Of a DNA stretch of 64,000 nucleotides, positions 12,216 through 64,000 are shown one piece after another. Location of the stretch: the NCBI RefSeq assembly GCF_004010195.1, contig NC_057750.1, positions 16,904,726-16,968,725 of the forward strand, read 5' to 3'. The first letter of the stretch is position 1. Every line of letters starts with the position of its first letter. A program made the translations under genes and the position numbers. The stretch is from Chiloscyllium plagiosum (taxonomy: Eukaryota). The notes beneath the pieces were generated by a model that was given only the letters and a program-made list of their open reading frames with translations, had not been told where the DNA came from and did no database searches.

Positions 12216-12626
12216 CGGTATCACGTGACCTTGTTGCTCTCGTGATCCCCTTGCCACGTTCAAGCATGACATCATGACCAGCTGCAGTGGAGTCCGCGCC
12301 CCTACGCTGCTCCGATTGGCCGGTGCTGCGAGGCGCTGGGCGCCACCATTGGGCATCCCCGCCGTCCGTCAGGATAAAGGGGCGGGGTGGGCGCCGTGGG
12401 CGGGGTTATACTCAGCTGCTGGAGCGATCAGCTGGAGACGGGCTGCCCCTGAGCCAGCCAGCCAGCCGCCATCTTCAGCCTGTGCTGACATTGTCGCGGC
12501 TGCGGCTTGTGTCGCCTCAGGGAGAGGGGTTTGTCACCGCTAGGCCCAAAGAAGGCCCCGAGACTCTTCCTCTGCTCGACGCCTTTTACCAAGGACCTTC
12601 ATTCTTTGTCTCGCTGTGTGTGAGTG
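12215..12626 (+). promoter_or_regulatory. CpG-island, TATA-less housekeeping promoter and 5' UTR of the Rab1 gene
   Basis: The only CpG-dense unique segment in the window. Contains E-box TCACGTGAC 12221-12229, GCCACGT 12253-12259, inverted CCAAT boxes at 12315-12319 and 12348-12352, GC boxes at 12379-12387 and 12397-12405, and YY1 motif GCCGCCATCTT at 12465-12475. Confidence 0.85.
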
Positions 12627-58088
<45,462 letters not shown>

Positions 58089-59760
58089 GGGCATTAGTCC
58101 AGCAGAGACAGATCTATTCCTGTGCACAACAATAAATTTAACCTTCTACAGCATTCGTCTCCTGACCAGTAATGGTTTTAACATGATGGCCCACTTGATT
58201 TGACAATTTTTTGGTAGACTTTCTGCCCAAAATGGACTTGACCAATTTGAAACTCCAGGAAAAATTGTCTTAACTTTTGCCTCGAATGGTCTTGTGTACT
58301 GCTGTTTTGAAACACTTGGATTGTGACTTTTTTGTAGTGGTCAATTTGCCTTCCTATCAGTGTCTCTTTCTCTCCCAAAAGGGGTTTTGTGGATTGGGGT
58401 CAAAACTAACCAGAGCATCTGATAGTAACATTTAAAGTTCAGCTGCACTAAGAATATTGCACTAGCAATTATGCATCAGCATCCCACCCTTGCTGGGAAT
58501 AGTAGTTGTGGAATTGAGTGAAGGAAATCCAAATGTTTGTGAAATCTGGCTTAAATTATTAATCTTGTAAGAAAGTACCTCTAATTATCCATACTAAGAT
58601 TAAATAGATGGAAACTAGAGATTCTGAATTTTAGCCATAATTTTATCTCACCTGACTTTAAATTCCCTCACTGCACTCCTTCACCAACATACCAACAAAT
58701 GTTAATCCTGCACTGTTAATGAGTTCTGTTGACATTCTCTATTGTAAATGGCACCATCAAGATAGATGAACTCTGGTAACAGGTCACAATCTTTGCTTTT
58801 GGAATTGTTCCCCTCTCCTATTCACTCCAGAAAATGGATGTTGCTTTTAATCTGCCCTGATGTCACTACTTTTTGCTCCTTTGCAGAATTCAACTCTGAA
58901 CCTATGGGACAAAATCTAAGATTCACTATTCATTGTTCAAGATTCAATTAGCCTAATCTGATTTGTAAGATCTTTAAATGCAATATAATTGACCAGAATT
59001 ACAACTGTAGATGAAGTTGTGGGCTGGATTGACAAGAGTCTGTGCTAGCTAACTGAGCACTAAAACCAGTTTTACTTGAAGCTTATGGGCTGATTTGAAG
59101 ATTTACCAGTATTAAGAGGATGGATATCTTTTACATGCTTGGGGCTGGGAAATTGGATTGAAGTTTTAAAACCAATTTCTTGACCACTGGTCCAGCAAGT
59201 TTGAACTTGTATTTAATTTTCTTGAGCCATTATCTCTAAATTGACCAAGCTTATTCTAATCTGAATTTGTAATCTTCCAACAAGTGGTGATATTACAATT
59301 AACCACTGTAGACACTTCTATCAATCTTGAGCCCAAAATGGGTTAAGGCTAGAATCTGAACAATTGGCAATCAGTAACAAAATAAATGCATTCCTTTTGC
59401 TCCCATTTTATTAAAGCTCCAGTTGTAACAAGTGAATGTGGTTTTGAACCTCTTTCCTCTGCATCCTGTGGGCATTGTTTATAGTCTATTTCCAACTTTA
59501 ATTGGTTAATGTCAGTCTGCTAATGTATCAGTGCCTCCAGAAAGACCAGATGCAAATATTGCAAGGACCCAGTTTGCAATTTCTGAACAAGAGGAATTTG
59601 CCTGCCAGTGCAAATATTCTGATACAAATCCAATTAAAATCCTAATAGTCATCCAGTATTCAGTTCCTGAACATTACTGGTTAAGTAGCTTTTCATTGGT
59701 CTTAATTGTTCTTGGCCATAGCTAAGCTACAATAAAAAATGTATTAATGTCAAAACTAAC
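58089..59760 (+). other. Probable 3' UTR with candidate poly(A) signals
   Basis: AT-rich sequence after the stop codon with no repeats I could recognise. AATAAA at 58131, 59381 and 59731; the last is followed by T/GT-rich sequence (ttgttcttgtttt). Confidence 0.55.
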
Positions 59761-59843
59761 TTTGGAATCTTGCAACTTTAATTGTTCTTGTTTTATCCAC
59801 TGGATTCTCCACCACTTATTTTTGTTCTGTTCTATTTCTAACT

Positions 59844-59856
59844 CCACTAGATGGTG
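59844..59856 (+). promoter_or_regulatory. Candidate CTCF site
   Basis: CCACTAGATGGTG closely matches the CTCF core CCASYAGRKGGCR; motif match only. Confidence 0.45.
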
Positions 59857-60649
59857 TAGCAATGTGCTGCTTTGTTTAGTGAATTCCTGGATCTATGAAA
59901 TTAAAATGCTTTGCAAGTGGTAAAGCACCAGTGATCTGGCTAGTCAGTCCCTATTCTATTGGATTGATTTTTAAAAGCAGCTCTTCCTGTCATCTGCACC
60001 CCTTTGACTTGATTTAAATAGATTTTTTAAAGTAATTAGAATTCTGTAGATCCGATTTCTAGTTGCTGCAATTGGAGCTCATGTCTATTATACATGCTTC
60101 CTGTGCTGAAGCATGACTTGTCAAATTGCTTTCTTTTATAGGGACTCTATTTTAGCTCAGTAATTTGCACATGCTTGTATTTCTCTCCTGCTATGATGCC
60201 ACTTTTTTCAGAAGTTATATTCAGGCATATCTGCATGATTAAACTTACTCCCTCCTTGGAGCAAATTAGATTGATACCCTACAAAGTTTGAACTGAGCCT
60301 CCACCTTTGAATCTAATTTAGATTAATTTTGATTTGTGATTGGGATACACTTTCCACTGGGAAAATGAAGCATGTAACTCCCTCCAGATTCCAAATGAGA
60401 TTTGTGTAGATACTAGCCTTTGTAGCTGGAAATCAGTTGACCCATCCAAATGGGATGTGGGCAGGACCTTGGGTCAGTTTACCACAACTCCAGTTTTGTC
60501 ACATTCCTCTCACTCATTCTGTAGTCATTTTTTGAACACATTAGAAACTACATGCTGCACACTTTCTAGAATAGTGGTGATTCTGTTGGCATGTCTGTTT
60601 ACAAACCTGCATTGTTTTTAATTGAAATACTGGGCTAATTTGTGCAGTG

Positions 60650-63600
60650 TACTGGCACCTGAATTCCAAAATGCCAAGGCTCCATCTTCCTGCTTAAAAT
60701 TGCTTGTAAATTGGAATTGCAGCTTTGATCATTATTGCAGATTAAGCAAATTAATGGTGACATGGCTTCCGGTACTTTAATAGCACTTTCTAGTTATTTT
60801 TGACCCTTTCTTTCACAATGCTTTCACTACATTGTCTTAACAGTTACCTAATCCCCAAAAGTATGTTTAAAATTAGTATTAAATACTGTAGTAACTAGAT
60901 CTCTATTTGATAAATGCTAAGTCTGTAAACACTAATGTTTCCTGCTATCTACATTGTAAATCTGAATCCAGTATTGGGAATGATACCAAGGTCAAATATC
61001 AACTATTTCCCCAGTCCTCGGTTGACTAATACTGATAGTCCTGGTATTATACTTCCCCAAATCTTTCTAAATTGCACAATCTAACTCTCCACAATATTCA
61101 TACACTTGTATTTGCTTTTCCAAGGAATTTACTTTTCTCTGGGAAAGCAACAGCAATAACCCTAAGCAAGGTAATGTTGACATGCCAATAGGGATTAAGT
61201 ATCTGGAACCATATGTTCAAAGTGAATGCTGAACACTGGATGGCCTGTACTGAGTTTTTATTTAGGGTATCAAACACTTGGCATTTAACATTAAATCCTG
61301 ACATGATCTTCAAACATTTCATGATTTCTTTGTCAAGGTTCCAGTTATACTGGCTGTGAAGTTGGTAACTGAACAAATATGGTTCATTCCCTACCATTTT
61401 AAGCTGGGGGTAAATGCATAACCAAAATCCAAGTTACCAAAATGTCACTTTCAAAATATTCCATAGTTGATTGAGCCATTCAGGTTGGTTTGGAATAGTT
61501 TACCAAATCAGTTGCTGGTCGTGATCTTAAAGTTGAATGAAGTTGAGCACCCTTTTTCCCTTCTAGGCATTGTTGGTTTCCAGTGTCTGAGACAGCCCAT
61601 TACAATGCAGGCTAACACTTGATATGCTCCTATGAATTTTATTCTCCTCACTCCATTACCAAAAAATTTAGGACAGAATCCAAGTGATAAGTCTGCTTGT
61701 TTTTACTTAATCTGTAAATGACTTATTACAATTCTTTGAATAAGATGGAGACCAGCTTTCTTGGATTTCTTGTTAATGCTGTCTGGCTATCAAATAAAGT
61801 CAACTTTCCTCCTAAGTACATTGTGCCATGGATTCAAAGGACTAATTCACTGATCTTATACAGCATCTTGGCAGGAAAATGTTGACATTAAGTCAATATT
61901 CTGGCAGCATCCACCTAGGACTGGTGGCAAATTTAACTTCCACCTTTTTCTATTTGGCAGTATTGGGCTAAGTACAGATTCACTGACCTTCAGTGACAGG
62001 AAACTGGTAACAATGGACCTATCTGGAACCTTTTCTGTGGAGGAAAAGTAGGGATTGCTAGAGGACTTGGCTAATCCCAGCACTCTGGTAGAGGGGCAGG
62101 TGGGGTGGGCCTATTCTAATTGAAGTACAATGATATTAATGGTTGGAACAGACTTCTGATCTGTTAGATCAAGTTTCAAACATGCCAAAGTTGATGGCAT
62201 CTTGGCTGGGGAGGAATGTGGTGATTGAATCAGTGGTCCATGTTAATGACGCAAGTAGATCCCTTCTGGTGAAGGGAGTATAAGTGGGTAGAAATGGAAT
62301 TTAAAAAGCACAATGGCTGGCTTAACTCAGTCGAGCAAATTGCCAGAGTATAAAGGGAGAGAGTCACTGAATCTGGCCCTTAAAAGTGGAAGTAGAATTT
62401 TGAGGAAGCAAAAGTGTAACTAGTAACCCAAATTCCAAACTTTTGCAAATCAAATTTGCAAATGCAGTCCACAAGGCAATTTCCTAGAATGCACACTCTC
62501 TCTAACCTGGGAGAAGGCTATTCTAGATCGAAATGTGTAATGAGGAGACTGGTGATTTTTCAAAGTTACCTCAAGAGGAATGACTAGAATTTCACATTCT
62601 AGTTTGAGGGTAAGAAACTTCAGTCTGGAAATGGTATGCAAGAAACTGAAGCAGGTCACAGTCTCCTTTTAAGCTCCACAATCAATAAAAATAGTAGCTT
62701 ATTTAAACTTGGGCAGGGAACTGGCTGGTGTCATCTCCCACAGCTCTGAATGCCACTTAGTCTGGAAAAAATCTTGCTGCATATAGTCAATGATAGCATC
62801 TACAATACCCTGGAGTAAAGAATTCCAAATAGTACTTATCCTGAGAAATTCCTTTTTTGCCTTTAACTGAAGGTGGTGGCCAAGGTATTACAACTGAAAC
62901 TGACTATGCTTTTCCAATGGAGTGGCAATCCTGGATCTGCTATGTTCCTGCATTTCCATTTGTTCCCTGTTCCCAACATGAAGTCTCAAGATAACTGCTG
63001 ACATTTCCTTTTGGTCAATATTGAATTAACCAAATTTTTACCTCTGCTTTTCTTAAATGGACCAACCCCCTGGGAAATTTGTTTCTATGGGAGTGCCTCC
63101 AATGTAGCAAATATAGATTTAGTTCACTCTCCAAAAGGCTTCTACCTCTTCCTAGAAATTGGTCTGAACATTTTGCTCCAAATAAGGCAGCCATCCCTCA
63201 CCTTTATGCTAGTGAAACTTTAAAAGACTTTGGTCAAATTGCCAATTGTAACAGTACTTAATATACAGTATTCAAATCTTCTCATTTTGGAAATTTGCAT
63301 CAAGCAGTCAATGTGCTGCTTTTAATAAAAGGCTTAAATATAATCCCAATATTCTGTAGAAACTGATCTTGTAACTTGTCTGCTGCTATGGAATGCACAA
63401 ACCGAACTGGTCTTCCCAGAACTGCAAAAGCAGCTCAGTGGAATTCAAGGGATAGCTATCTGCCTTTGTTATAGTTTCAGTATCTAAGAAAATTGCTTCC
63501 TAACCTATTCCATGACTAAGTCCTTCTTTAGAATTCCAGTTTCATAGTAACATTGTTCGTCATCAATTTGTGTGGTGGAGCAAGGCTGTGGACAACTCTG

Positions 63601-63650
63601 GAGGTGGTGAATTTTTGGTCTTTGGAATCAGTACTGATGTTTATTCAACT
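60650..63650 (-). mobile_element. Ancient, highly decayed L1-like LINE
   Basis: Weak but ordered remnants on the minus strand: NNV..GI (ORF1-like, ~63550), RWKLN (~61940), WN.L..FG..GFG (~61430), MSGFNVK (~61295). Confidence 0.4.
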
Positions 63651-63834
63651 TGCCTGACTTGTTTAAAATATTTTTCACAGCTAATGAATTTTAATTTTTG
63701 ATACAGGATATCTTTCCAATAGACTTACTAAGCTATTCCTGCCACTTTTTTTTGAGACTTCTCCACCTCTTGATGCTTGCTACCTGTCTACTTTTCAATT
63801 TTAAAACTTATGCCGACACCCAAATGAAGGAATA

Positions 63835-64000
63835 GTTGGCCAGGTCATGATTTATTAGTCATCCCTAACTGGTCTCTGGGCACTTAAGTCAACCCTACTG
63901 TCTGCAATCCTGTGTAAGGGCAGGCCAGACCAGGTCATGATGGTAGTTTCCTTCCCTCTGACAATGCACTGGAAGGGATTTTCCTGACCATCAACAATGG
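63835..64000 (-). mobile_element. Deu-domain SINE (runs off the window)
   Basis: Reverse complement of the Deu domain (ggccagaccagg...gtttccttccct...gacc). Confidence 0.65.

Overview
Eukaryotic (vertebrate) genomic DNA, most likely a shark; this is inferred from HE1/V-SINE and Deu-type SINEs and the CR1/Penelope repertoire. The window holds one complete protein-coding gene on the + strand: a six-exon Rab1-family small GTPase (206 aa, CDS 12627..58088) with the RAB1A exon layout, a CpG-island promoter at about 12.2-12.6 kb, a 32.7 kb first intron and a probable 1.3-1.7 kb 3' UTR. Most of the rest is transposable-element debris, often nested: CR1, L1 and RTE LINEs, Penelope-like elements (PLEs), SINEs and an LTR-like remnant. 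The main observations are: (i) at least three PLE-derived repeat families carry minimal hammerhead-ribozyme motifs, and one intact copy lies on the sense strand of intron 1 inside a roughly 300-bp-arm fold-back; (ii) short fold-back PLE termini recur with 14-15 bp target-site duplications (TSDs); (iii) an L1 has both ends and a perfect TSD, but a PLE fragment sits where its endonuclease region should be; (iv) the Rab1 protein is unusually diverged and may be a third paralog; (v) repeats inside the transcription unit appear to carry an excess of micro-deletions. I found no new multi-gene system. Exon boundaries were counted base by base; repeat boundaries are approximate.
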